Made by a program: the position numbers and the translations under genes. The notes under the pieces are model-generated. The model searched no databases, was not told the origin of the DNA, and saw only the letters and a program-made list of their open reading frames with translations. This document shows, in pieces, positions 31,514 to 40,683 of a stretch of 64,000 nucleotides of DNA (positions are counted from its first letter, which is position 1; every line of letters begins with the position of its first letter). Origin of the DNA: Polyangiales bacterium (GTDB lineage Bacteria; Myxococcota_A; Polyangia; Polyangiales; Polyangiaceae); the NCBI GenBank assembly GCA_038231275.1, contig JBBRLQ010000004.1, positions 192,001-256,000 of the forward strand. The letters run 5' to 3'.

Positions 31514-32365
31514 TCACACCGCGATCTTGTTCGCGCGGGCGGTCGACGCGACCCAGATGCGCTTCAGCGTCGCCACTTCGGCGAGCAGCGCGTCCAGCGG
31601 CGGGATCGCCTGATCGCGCTCGAGGAGCACCGGCACCGGTCCGGTCTTTTCGAGCACGCGCCCGAGCAGCGCCAGCACCGGATCGCACACGTCGGCGCCG
31701 TGCGTGTCGACGATGACCTTGCCGCCCGGTCCTTCGTCGAACCACTCGTGACCGGCGACGTGCATCTGGACGACGCGATGCATCGGCACCGTGCGCATCC
31801 ACTCGTCGACGTCGAAGCCGAAGTTGACGCCGTTCACGTACGCGTTGTTCACGTCGAGCATGAGCCCGCAGTCGGCGCGGTCGCACAGCTTCGCGATGAA
31901 CTCCGCCTCCCCCATCTCCCTCTCGCCAGGGTGGAGGTAGAAGCTGATGTTCTCGACCGCCATCGGCACGCCGAGCGCATCCTGCGCGCGCCGCACGCGA
32001 TCGGCGACACGGCTGACGGCCTCGTCGGTGAAGCGAATCGGCAGCAAATCGTGGAGGATCCGCCCCTCCGCCGAGCCGAAGCACAGGTGGTCGGAGTGGT
32101 GCGGGCTTCCGATCTCGCGCACGAACACCGCGAGCTCGCGCAAGTACGGCTCGTCCAGCGGCTCGGTGCCACCCAGGGACATCGTCAACCCGTGCGTGAG
32201 GATCGGATACCGATCGCGCGCCCGCGAGAGCGCGTTCGGGTAGTACCCGCCGCGCTGCATGTAGTTCTCCGGAGAGACCTCCAGAAAATCGATCTCGGCC
32301 TTCGCGTCGCGAGCCAAAAGCTCGTCGATGAACTCCCAGCGAAGGCCGAGACCGACACCGTTCAC
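31514..32365 (-). CDS. DUF692 multinuclear non-haem iron-dependent oxidative enzyme (MNIO)
   Basis: GVGLGLR, PENYM, HGLTMSLG, SDHLCF, HDLLP, ENIS, LDVNNAYVN, HVAGH, DTHG, LERD. Confidence 0.95.
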   Translation of the reverse strand: MNGVGLGLRWEFIDELLARDAKAEIDFLEVSPENYMQRGGYYPNALSRARDRYPILTHGLTMSLGGTEPLDEPYLRELAVFVREIGSPHHSDHLCFGSAEGRILHDLLPIRFTDEAVSRVADRVRRAQDALGVPMAVENISFYLHPGEREMGEAEFIAKLCDRADCGLMLDVNNAYVNGVNFGFDVDEWMRTVPMHRVVQMHVAGHEWFDEGPGGKVIVDTHGADVCDPVLALLGRVLEKTGPVPVLLERDQAIPPLDALLAEVATLKRIWVASTARANKIAV

Positions 32366-32371
32366 GTGGTG

Positions 32372-32809
32372 TTACTTCTTCTTCGCGTCGGCCGAGCAGG
32401 TGCCCGCGCCGCACGAGGCCTGCGTGCCCGCCGGCTTCTTGCCGGGGGTCATCGCCGGCTTCTTGCCCGGGGTCGTCGGCGGCGTCGGCGTGGCCGTCGC
32501 GGCGGCGGCCTTGGGGTCGGTCGTCGGCGTCGTGGTGGGCGTGGTCGTCGCGGCGGCACCGGTGCCGGGCGCGGTCGGATCGGCCGGCTTCGCGTCCGCG
32601 GCCTTGCCCTTGTTCGCGCCGCAACCGGCGGCCGAGCACGAGGCGGCGGGGGCCGCGGTCGGGGTGGTCCCGGCCGCGGGCGCCACCTCGGATGAGGTCA
32701 CAGGGGAGGCGGGCGCGGGCGGCGGCGCACCGCCGCAGGCGACGAGAGCCGTCGTTCCGAGGGCGGCGAGCGTGCTGGCGAGATTCTGCAAAGACAGGTT
32801 CGGTCGCAT
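32372..32809 (-). CDS. putative MNIO substrate: lipoprotein precursor with two SC-x4-C motifs
   Basis: AGGAG RBS; lipobox LVAC; ASCSAAGCG and ASCGAGTCS; stop 6 nt before the DUF692 start. Confidence 0.8.
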   Translation of the reverse strand: MRPNLSLQNLASTLAALGTTALVACGGAPPPAPASPVTSSEVAPAAGTTPTAAPAASCSAAGCGANKGKAADAKPADPTAPGTGAAATTTPTTTPTTDPKAAAATATPTPPTTPGKKPAMTPGKKPAGTQASCGAGTCSADAKKK

Positions 32810-32832
32810 GAAAGACTCCTTTTGTTTCGTTT

Positions 32833-33645
32833 TCAGTTGGCTCCGGGGGTGGCCCGGAAGTCGATGCTCACGTCGGCGACATCCGCCACCTTCGTACCCA
32901 AGAGTCCAAGAGACTTCGTCGCGAGCTTCCCGAACGTGTCGCGAGGCTTTACGTCGTGCTCGGCGAGGGTAACCCGAAGAGGCGTCTTTGACTTCAGCTC
33001 GATGAAAATAGGCTTCGAGTCGGCCGGCGCACCAGAAGGGTAATGTAGGCGGGCTTCCAGCAGAGCTTCTCGGTTTTCGACCTTGTGGCCGTGGAGAAGG
33101 AAGTCCCCTTTCGCGGTCAGCGTGACGACGCGCACGTCGTCGCCGTTCTCCTTGATGGGCGCGACCTTGCTCGCGTCGGTGGTCGTGCCCGGATCGACCG
33201 AGCGAATGGCGTACACAGCCCAGCGGTTGGCCGCCTTCTCTTCGGGGCTCGCCGCCTCACCGACCTCCATCCACGTGAGCGCATGCTTCGTCTGCGCCGC
33301 GTCGTCGTCGTTGCCGAAGGTGTGGGTCGAAAGCGTCGACACGTCGACCTTCACCTCGCCGCGCGTGTTCGCGAGGTTCGCGAGGTCCACGTCGACTTTG
33401 CCGCCCGCGGCCTCGGTGATGGCCTTGATGTGCTCTTTGGGGGCCGGCATGTCGACCGACGTCTTGCCCTTCGGGTCGATCGCGAAGGAGACCGTCTTCG
33501 CGGACGGCGTCGCGATGGAGGCCGCGAGGGAGCTCGCCACCGGTGCGATCGCGACCGGCTCTTCCTTCGGGCGCATCGCGAGCCATAGGCCCCCGACCAC
33601 CACCAACCCCGCTGCCGCCCCGATCGCCAGAGACTTTCCGTTCAT
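32833..33645 (-). CDS. YceI-like protein with N-terminal membrane anchor
   Basis: N-terminal TM; GKVDVDLANL..GEVKVDVSTL; AKGDFLLHG; GGAGG RBS. Confidence 0.7.
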   Translation of the reverse strand: MNGKSLAIGAAAGLVVVGGLWLAMRPKEEPVAIAPVASSLAASIATPSAKTVSFAIDPKGKTSVDMPAPKEHIKAITEAAGGKVDVDLANLANTRGEVKVDVSTLSTHTFGNDDDAAQTKHALTWMEVGEAASPEEKAANRWAVYAIRSVDPGTTTDASKVAPIKENGDDVRVVTLTAKGDFLLHGHKVENREALLEARLHYPSGAPADSKPIFIELKSKTPLRVTLAEHDVKPRDTFGKLATKSLGLLGTKVADVADVSIDFRATPGAN

Positions 33646-33747
33646 CTGTCCTCCGCCCCTGCCTACGTGCCGGGGGTGCCGGTGGTTTCGCCCGTTCGCG
33701 TGAGAGCTGAAATTACAGGCATTTGCGTCGTGTGGGCCCAAAATTTT

Positions 33748-35232
33748 TCAGAGCGCGGCGGCGAGGCGCTTCAGGGCCTCGCGGAGCTCGGCGGGCGTGA
33801 GCTGCGCGAAGCCGAGGCGGACGAAGGGACGCGCGCGTCCGTCGAACGTGAACGCCCGCGCCGTCTGCATGAGGACGCCTCGCTCGAGCGCGCGGGCGGC
33901 CCACGCTTCGGGGCTCACGTCGGGGGCGACGCGCGCCCAGATCGCGGTGCCACCGGCCGGGGTGGTGAACGTGAGCACGTCCCCGAAGCGTTGGCGCAAG
34001 CCGCTGACCAGCACCTCGCGCCGTTCCATGTAGGCGCGTCGGACGCGGCGCACGTGGCGGCCGACCTCGCCGTCCTCGAGCAGCTCCCCGACGGCGTCCT
34101 CGATCGCATGGTCCCCTTGGCGATCCATGTAGCGGCGACGGGTGACGAGGCGCTCGATGACCGGGCGCGGCGCGACGACGTAGCCGATGCGAAGGCCCGG
34201 CGCGAGCACCTTGGAGAGCGTGCCGACGTAGACGACGACCCCCGACTGATCGGCGCTCGCGAGGGGAAGGACGGGGCGGCCGTCGTAGTGGAACTCGTGA
34301 TCGTAGTCGTCCTCGATGACGACGAAGCGCTCGCGGCGCGCGAGGTCGAGGAGCGCGAGGCGGCGCGCGGCGTCGAGGGTGACGGTCGTGGGGTACTGAT
34401 GATGAGGCGTGACGAAGACGGCGCGAACGGGACCGGCGGCGGCTTCGGCGACGCGCGCGGCGAGGGCGGTCATGTCGAGGCCGCCGTCGTCCACCGGCAG
34501 CGGGACGATGCGTGCGCCGGCCGCGCGGAACGCCTCCCACGCGGGGCGATAGCCGAGGGCCTCGACGACGACGACGTCTCCTGGCGTGAGGAGCGAGCGC
34601 GCGAGGAGATCGAGCGCCATCTGGCTTCCGCGCGTGACGATCACCGTGTCCTCGCGCGCGGCGAGACCTCGCGTCGCCGAGAGCATGCGCGCGAGGCCGA
34701 CGCGAAGTCGCTCGGCGCCGAGCGGATCGCCGTAGGTGAGGAGCGCGCGGCCGTTCGTGCGAAGTGAGCGACGGAAGGCGCGGGCGAGCGGCGCGGTGGG
34801 CATGAGACGGACGTCAGGCACTCCGCCCATCATCGAGAGCACGTCGCGTCCAGGAATGGGGACGTCCGCCCATGCGCGCTCGAACGGGGGAAGGTCGAAG
34901 CCGACGCGCGCCGGGATCTCCTCGCGAGGCGCGGCTCCTTTCGCGAAGCGACGTGGCGCGACGTCGGGGAGCGCCTTCGACACGAAGGTGCCGCGCGCGG
35001 CCTCCGTCGTCAGCCAGCCCTCGGCGACGAGCTCGCGAAACGCCGCGATGACCGTATTGCGGTGCACCCCGAGCGCGCGCGCGAGCTCTCGGGTGCCGGG
35101 GAGCGCGTCGCCTGGCGCGAGGCGGCCTCGTCGCACGTCTTCGGTGATGGCGCGCGCGATGCGGAGAAAGAGCGGCGCGCGGCCTGCGGGATCGGCGGCA
35201 GGGACGGCCAGGGGCATCGACCAGGTGCGCAT
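33748..35232 (-). CDS. MocR/GabR-family regulator (GntR HTH plus PLP aminotransferase-like domain)
   Basis: LPGTRELARALGVHRNTV; TPHHQYPT; IEDDYDHEF; GTLSKVLAPGLRIGY. Confidence 0.93.
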   Translation of the reverse strand: MRTWSMPLAVPAADPAGRAPLFLRIARAITEDVRRGRLAPGDALPGTRELARALGVHRNTVIAAFRELVAEGWLTTEAARGTFVSKALPDVAPRRFAKGAAPREEIPARVGFDLPPFERAWADVPIPGRDVLSMMGGVPDVRLMPTAPLARAFRRSLRTNGRALLTYGDPLGAERLRVGLARMLSATRGLAAREDTVIVTRGSQMALDLLARSLLTPGDVVVVEALGYRPAWEAFRAAGARIVPLPVDDGGLDMTALAARVAEAAAGPVRAVFVTPHHQYPTTVTLDAARRLALLDLARRERFVVIEDDYDHEFHYDGRPVLPLASADQSGVVVYVGTLSKVLAPGLRIGYVVAPRPVIERLVTRRRYMDRQGDHAIEDAVGELLEDGEVGRHVRRVRRAYMERREVLVSGLRQRFGDVLTFTTPAGGTAIWARVAPDVSPEAWAARALERGVLMQTARAFTFDGRARPFVRLGFAQLTPAELREALKRLAAAL

Positions 35233-35285
35233 TCCACTGGTCTACCGATTCGTGGAAATTTTGCCACGTTCAAAGGACCAGGTGC
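35219..35285. promoter_or_regulatory. candidate MocR operator region
   Basis: GACCAGGTGC direct repeats at 35219 and 35276; TTCCAC...GTGGAA inverted pair between them. Confidence 0.4.
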
Positions 35286-36430
35286 CCTGTCGCGATCGCA
35301 CGAACGACGCCCGCCAGCGCGCCCGCAGCGAGTGGCCACAGGGGATTACTGCGTGGAAATGCGACACGCAGTGCTGCGCACACGATGACGATCGCGGCGT
35401 CGTCCCACGCGTGGACCGACGCGCGGCCGAGTGACAACCCTGCCGCGGCGATGACGCCGACGACCGCGGGCGCGACGCCGCGCAAAAATCCTTGGACGAC
35501 TCGGTTCTCGCGGAACGCCGCCAGCGAGCGGGCGGCCAGGAGCGCGAGCACAGTCGGCGGCGCGAAGACGCCCAGCGTCGCGGCGAGCGCACCGAGCGGA
35601 CCGGCCGCACGCCACCCGACGAACGTGGCGGTCGTGGCCACCGGTCCCGGAGTGATCTGCCCGAACGCGACCGCGTCGGCGAACGCGCGCGCGTCGATCC
35701 ATCCGCGCGCGACCGCCTCGTGCTCGATCGCGGGCACCATCGCAATCCCGCCGCCGAACGTCGCCACGCCGATGCGCGCGAAAACGCCGAACACCGCCAA
35801 CGCGATGGGCAGGCTCCACGCGACGACGAGCGCGGTCGCTGGAGGCAGGAGGACGAGCGACATCGGACCGGGCATCGACGGCGGCCGAGGCCTCGCCGAC
35901 ACCGCGCCGACGACGCCCGCGATCGCGATGACCTCGATGAGCGTGAGCCAGCGCGCGGCGAGCGCGATCGTGGTCGCGAGCGCGATGAGCCACCCACGCA
36001 GATCCTTGAGCGTGCTCCTCGCGAGATCGACGGCGATCGCGACGAAGAGGCCGGCGACCGCGGGGTTCAGCCCATCGAGCGCCGCACGAACGCCGCGCAT
36101 TCCTTGCAAGACATCGTAGTACGCGGCGATCAGCGCGATCATCCCGCAGCCCGGAAGGATGAAGACGCCCGCGGCGACGAGCGCACCGACCACGCCCTTC
36201 AAGTGGTAGCCGACGAGGACGAGGAGGTTCGTGACCATCGTCCCCGGCAGTGCGCCGGCGACGGCGACGCGCTCCACGAACGCGTGCTCCTCCATCCACC
36301 CGCGCTCCGCCACCATGACGCGCCGCATGCGCGCGATCGCCGCGAGGCCGCCGCCGAACGCGACGGCCCCAGTCACCAGCGCGACCTCCGCGAGCGCGCG
36401 GAGGCGTACGGAGGGACGCGCGTCGGGCAC
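35270..36430 (-). CDS. chrA: chromate ion transporter (CHR family, long chain)
   Basis: two halves: AFGGG..ALPG and TFGGG..QITPGP; start uncertain. Confidence 0.88.
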   Translation of the reverse strand: MPDARPSVRLRALAEVALVTGAVAFGGGLAAIARMRRVMVAERGWMEEHAFVERVAVAGALPGTMVTNLLVLVGYHLKGVVGALVAAGVFILPGCGMIALIAAYYDVLQGMRGVRAALDGLNPAVAGLFVAIAVDLARSTLKDLRGWLIALATTIALAARWLTLIEVIAIAGVVGAVSARPRPPSMPGPMSLVLLPPATALVVAWSLPIALAVFGVFARIGVATFGGGIAMVPAIEHEAVARGWIDARAFADAVAFGQITPGPVATTATFVGWRAAGPLGALAATLGVFAPPTVLALLAARSLAAFRENRVVQGFLRGVAPAVVGVIAAAGLSLGRASVHAWDDAAIVIVCAALRVAFPRSNPLWPLAAGALAGVVRAIATGHLVL

Positions 36431-36452
36431 GCCCCGGTTTACACCGAACCGC

Positions 36453-37442
36453 TCAGAATTTCGCCTGCGCGAAGACGCACGCGGCGGGGTTGCCGGCGGC
36501 CGGCTTGTAGTCGACGGAATCCTTGTAATAGACGCGCGCGAACGCCGAGTCCCAGCACTCCGACACCTGCACGTTGGACACGGTGGTCGGCAGGTTGCCT
36601 CCGGTGAGCTGCGCGTCGCCACGGCCGGCGCCGCTCTGATCCCAGCGGCTGTGGAGGACGATGTCGTCGGCTTTGTCGTTCTGCGCGGGATCGGCGCCGT
36701 CGTGCAGCGTGATGTCGACCGCGCCCGAGCCGTCGCCCTGGTGCGTGACGCCGACCTTGGCGGCGCGCGGGCGATCGGTCGCGGTGAGGTCGACGGCGAG
36801 CGTCGCCGGGTACTGGCGAAGATCAAACGCGACCTTCACGTTGCCGGAGTCGTGGCTGCGCGCCGGATCGAGCCGCGACGACGCGTCGAAATCGAGCGTG
36901 AAGCTTCCCTGACGATGCTCGGCGCGCGAGCGGCCGAAGCCGTGACCGGTGAGGACCGCCTTGAAGTCCGCTTCGCTCGTCGAGCCCTTGGCCCGCCCTT
37001 CGAGCGCGTAGTCGTACTCCTTGTCGCCCACCTCGTTGACCGTGAAGCGCCACACCACCGGCGAGAGGGCGTCGCCTGCGCCGGGACCCCACACCGCCTT
37101 GTGCGGCTCGATCGTCGTCGCGGGCGTGTGCACGATCGTCCACACGAGGCCGATGACCCACGCGGTGCCGTAGTCGACGGTGTCGGTGATGTCGCGCGTC
37201 ACCTGGTAGTACTCGGCGTAGCTGCTGGTGCCGCCGCCGCCTGCCGGCGTGTTGGAGAGGTGGAGGACCTGGCCCTGCGTCTTGGTCGGCGCGCCGGTGG
37301 TGGAGCCGGGGACGCCCATGCCGACGTCGGCCGACTGCGGGATCGGATCGCGGAAGCGCTCCGAGTCGTCCGCCTTGATCGTGCACGCGTTCGAACCGCC
37401 GACCACCGCGCCCAGCATCAAAAGGCCCATCCACTTGCTCAT
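36453..37442 (-). CDS. hypothetical lipoprotein, beta-rich
   Basis: signal peptide with SNAC; GGAG RBS; C-terminal SRW..GAGRGDA..ECWD. Confidence 0.8.
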   Translation of the reverse strand: MSKWMGLLMLGAVVGGSNACTIKADDSERFRDPIPQSADVGMGVPGSTTGAPTKTQGQVLHLSNTPAGGGGTSSYAEYYQVTRDITDTVDYGTAWVIGLVWTIVHTPATTIEPHKAVWGPGAGDALSPVVWRFTVNEVGDKEYDYALEGRAKGSTSEADFKAVLTGHGFGRSRAEHRQGSFTLDFDASSRLDPARSHDSGNVKVAFDLRQYPATLAVDLTATDRPRAAKVGVTHQGDGSGAVDITLHDGADPAQNDKADDIVLHSRWDQSGAGRGDAQLTGGNLPTTVSNVQVSECWDSAFARVYYKDSVDYKPAAGNPAACVFAQAKF

Positions 37443-37623
37443 TGGTCTCTCCTCCTCGGTGAACGTCGTCGTCGTGGGGACTGTTCGCGGAGGGCCTACT
37501 CCAAGTTCTGGGCCAACGGCTCGGCTACTCGGATCCCCTGAAATTCAAGAGTTTCCGGTGATGGGAGTGAACGCCGGTTGTCACCCCTTCGCGGGACGGA
37601 CGATGACGGCGGCTACGGAAGCT

Positions 37624-37684
37624 CGCGAACGATTCGTTCGCGGAGCGGCGAACCGTCCGATCGTCCGCGAACGATTTGTTCGCG
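37624..37684. promoter_or_regulatory. tandem 19-bp palindromic operator
   Basis: CGCGAACGA-T-TCGTTCGCG (37624-37642) and CGCGAACGATTTGTTCGCG (37666-37684) between divergent genes. Confidence 0.7.
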
Positions 37685-37752
37685 AGAACGCGACCCAAAC
37701 CTGCGACCCCACATGCGCGGCGCCGTGGACCACGCGTTGCACTGCCCTCGGC

Positions 37753-39273
37753 ATGAACCGAACGCGAAGCTGGGGGCTACTTGGGCTAGCGATGGCCGTC
37801 GCGGGCGCCGCGGCGTGTGGGTCGGAGCCGGGCGGCACCGGTGGTCCCACCGGATCCCTCGGAAGCTCCGCCGCCCCCGACGCGGCGGCGCCGGCGGATC
37901 CTGGCACTGTCGCGCCGAACGCGGGGCCGGTCTGCACGGGTGAAGCGACGGCCCTGCTCGACAAAGGGGCCAAGCAGCTTACGAACCTCTGTGCGCGCGG
38001 CTACGGCGATCCGATCTCGCGCGCCTTCTGCGGCGCGACCCCGCCCACCCTCACGAGCCTCTCGGACGTGCAGAAGCTCGTCGGCCTCGGGTTCAAGCCC
38101 GGGCCGTATACGAACGGCGGCACCAGCGGCAAGAACGGCAACCCCGGCTTCATCCTCACCGCGCAGTCGACCTCGATCACGACGCGCAAGGTCTCGCAGA
38201 TCAACCCGCGCACGATCTTCTTCACGCCGCCGCTCGGTCGCGGCAGGCTGAGCGGTCCGCCGCAGCCGAACCCGTCGTACGTGGCGATGGGCTTCACGCG
38301 CGGCGACATGGCCATCGAGCTCCTCGCGAAGGATCCGACGATGAACGGCGGCAAGGGGGACATTCGCTTCTTCCTCTTGAAGTACGAGCAAGCGTGCAGC
38401 GCCACGCCCGGCGGCTGCACGCCCGGCGACTTGTACACGCCCGCGGTCGAGTCGAACTTCACGGGCTGGTCGCTCTACGACGACGAGGATCTCAAGAACA
38501 CCACGCAGGACTGTCGGCAGTGCCATCAGCCCGGCGGTCCGGGAACGCCGCGCATGCTCCGCATGCAGGAGCTCCAACGCCCGTGGCAGCACTGGATGTA
38601 CAACGACGCGACCGGCGTAGCCGCGCTGCGCGCCGACTTCCACGCGGCGCACCCGGCGAACGAATCGTACGGCGGCATCCCCGCCGGCGCGGCCGACTTC
38701 GGCGACGTGCAGCAGCTCGAGGCGTTCGTGGAGAACAACGGCTTCCTCGTGCAGCCCAACGAATTTCCGGGAAAGGCGATCCTCGCCGAGCTTGGCGCGA
38801 GCGGCACGAGCGCGACGTGGCAGACGGCCTACAAGGCGTCGGAGGGCGCGCAGTTCATCCCGGTGCCGTACTTCGATTCGATCGCGACCGATCCGGTGAA
38901 GGTGCAAACGCTCGTCGGACAATACAGCGCGGTCGCCGCCGGTACGATGCCGGCGAGCCAGCTCGGCGACATGAGCGACGTGTTCAGCGACGCCGCGCAG
39001 CGCGCCATGACGCACAAGCCGGCGGCCGGGCTCACCGGCCGTCAGATCCTCGTGCAGGTTTGCCAGCAGTGCCACAACTCGCACCTCGACCAGACGATCT
39101 CGCGCGCGACGATGAACGTGGAGCTCTTGGACACGCTGTCGCGCGCGGAGAAGAACGAAGCCATCCGGCGCATCAACCTCCCGAAGGACGACTGCAGCCA
39201 CATGCCGCCGCAGCGCTTCCGTGAGCTGGACGCCGCGGAGATCGCCACGGTTCAGGCGGAGCTGGCGAAATAG
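37753..39273 (+). CDS. di-haem c-type cytochrome lipoprotein of unknown family
   Basis: lipobox AAAC; CRQCH and CQQCH; C-terminal HMPP. Confidence 0.8.
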   Translation: MNRTRSWGLLGLAMAVAGAAACGSEPGGTGGPTGSLGSSAAPDAAAPADPGTVAPNAGPVCTGEATALLDKGAKQLTNLCARGYGDPISRAFCGATPPTLTSLSDVQKLVGLGFKPGPYTNGGTSGKNGNPGFILTAQSTSITTRKVSQINPRTIFFTPPLGRGRLSGPPQPNPSYVAMGFTRGDMAIELLAKDPTMNGGKGDIRFFLLKYEQACSATPGGCTPGDLYTPAVESNFTGWSLYDDEDLKNTTQDCRQCHQPGGPGTPRMLRMQELQRPWQHWMYNDATGVAALRADFHAAHPANESYGGIPAGAADFGDVQQLEAFVENNGFLVQPNEFPGKAILAELGASGTSATWQTAYKASEGAQFIPVPYFDSIATDPVKVQTLVGQYSAVAAGTMPASQLGDMSDVFSDAAQRAMTHKPAAGLTGRQILVQVCQQCHNSHLDQTISRATMNVELLDTLSRAEKNEAIRRINLPKDDCSHMPPQRFRELDAAEIATVQAELAK

Positions 39274-39342
39274 TCGCCGCTCGATCGCGGGCGATGATCG
39301 CGCGCTGTTCCCCACGCGGGATTCGTGGCCACATAGCCCGTC

Positions 39343-40626
39343 GTGCGCCAAAAACCCACGGAGCGGAAGCTCGCGATCGGCGTCGTCCTTTCTTGGACGC
39401 TCGTTCGTGTCATGTCGCTTGGCATCGGGCATGTCTCGGTTCCTCTCGACGCGTGGAGCTTCCGTGCGGCGGCCAGCGCGCTCGGCGGCGGTGACTTCGG
39501 CGCCTACACGGGCGCGCGCCCACCCGTTTTTCCGCTGCTCCTCATCGCGACTCGGGGGAACGACCACGCGCTGTGGATCGTGCAGTCACTCATCGGGATC
39601 GGAGCGGCCTGGGTCCTCTTCCACGTCACGTTGGCCGAGACCCGCAGCCGTGTCGCCGCGGTCGTCGCCGGCTCGTCGATCGGGTTGGGGTTCTACGCTC
39701 TCTCGGCGGAAGCGTCGGTGATGAGCGAATGCGTCCTCGCGGGGCTCCTCGGCGCCTCGCTCCTCGTCGCGCGAAGGATCGTCACGGCTCCGCGCTCGTC
39801 TCGTGAGTTCCTGCTGCTCGGGTGTCTCGCCGGCTTCGCGGTGCTCACGCGACCTATGTTCATCTACTTGCCGCTCGCGTTCGCGATCGCGGCGCGCGGC
39901 GCGGGGCGGAGGAAGGTCACGCTCCTTCTCGGATCGAGCGGCGGCATCGTCGTGGCGTGGTCGGTGTTCAACTGGTTCGCCGTCGACTACTTCGGCCCCA
40001 CCACGCTCCTTGGATTCAACCTGACGAACCATTGCGGCGGGTTCATCGAACGCGCGGGGCCCGAATTTGCTTCGATCCGCGACGTCTACTTGAAGTACCG
40101 CGCGGCCCGGGTGGCTCAATTCGGCGACCACATGCAGACGATCTGGGACGCGCTCCCGGAGATGATGAGCGTGACCGGGCTGTCGTTCTCGGCCCTGTCG
40201 AAGCGATGTCTCTCGATGTGCCTCGCGCTGATCGTGGACGATCCCGGCGCGTACCTCGCGAGCGTGGGCCGAGCGCTCGGACGTTTCATGCTCGCGCCGA
40301 ACTACCGCGGCGGTTCGTGGCTGCCGCCCTCTGGGCCCGTGCTCGCGCGGACGTGGGACGTCCAAGAGGCCATCTTCATCACTTCGAAGTTTGCGCTTCT
40401 CCTCCTCGCTCCCCTCGCGTTCAAGCGCGGAACGACTCGCTTCGCGCAGCTCGTCGTCGGGATGGTCGTCGGAGGCGCCGTGTTCCAGGCGCTCCTCGAG
40501 CTCGGAGAGAACGATCGGTACTCCGTGCCCCTCCAGCCGTGGGCCGTCTGCGGAGTCGCTCTGCTCGCGAGCGCGTGGGCGAGAGGGCGGAGCGGAGGTC
40601 CCGCGCCAGCGACTCTCGGCGGGTAG
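39343..40626 (+). CDS. GT-C fold glycosyltransferase (GT39/ArnT-like) membrane protein
   Basis: RPPVFPLL, MSE, LTRP motifs; many TM segments; C-terminal RY..P; start uncertain. Confidence 0.75.
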   Translation: MRQKPTERKLAIGVVLSWTLVRVMSLGIGHVSVPLDAWSFRAAASALGGGDFGAYTGARPPVFPLLLIATRGNDHALWIVQSLIGIGAAWVLFHVTLAETRSRVAAVVAGSSIGLGFYALSAEASVMSECVLAGLLGASLLVARRIVTAPRSSREFLLLGCLAGFAVLTRPMFIYLPLAFAIAARGAGRRKVTLLLGSSGGIVVAWSVFNWFAVDYFGPTTLLGFNLTNHCGGFIERAGPEFASIRDVYLKYRAARVAQFGDHMQTIWDALPEMMSVTGLSFSALSKRCLSMCLALIVDDPGAYLASVGRALGRFMLAPNYRGGSWLPPSGPVLARTWDVQEAIFITSKFALLLLAPLAFKRGTTRFAQLVVGMVVGGAVFQALLELGENDRYSVPLQPWAVCGVALLASAWARGRSGGPAPATLGG

Positions 40627-40683
40627 GCGCGAGCATCATGCAGCCGGGCCTTCGGGGCTGCATGACTCTTTCGAGAAGACGGG

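Noticed and set aside
24608-32365. Di-haem protein as an MbnH-like member of the MNIO locus
   Set aside because: About 5 kb away with unrelated genes between; no MbnP or TonB-dependent transporter gene.
32372-32809. Selenocysteine-containing MNIO precursor
   Set aside because: No in-frame TGA; all motif residues are Cys codons and the gene ends in TAA.
37624-37684. Mini-CRISPR or LexA-box reading of the palindromes
   Set aside because: Only two good 19-bp copies, a 23-nt gap and no cas genes; the core spacer is N5, not N4.
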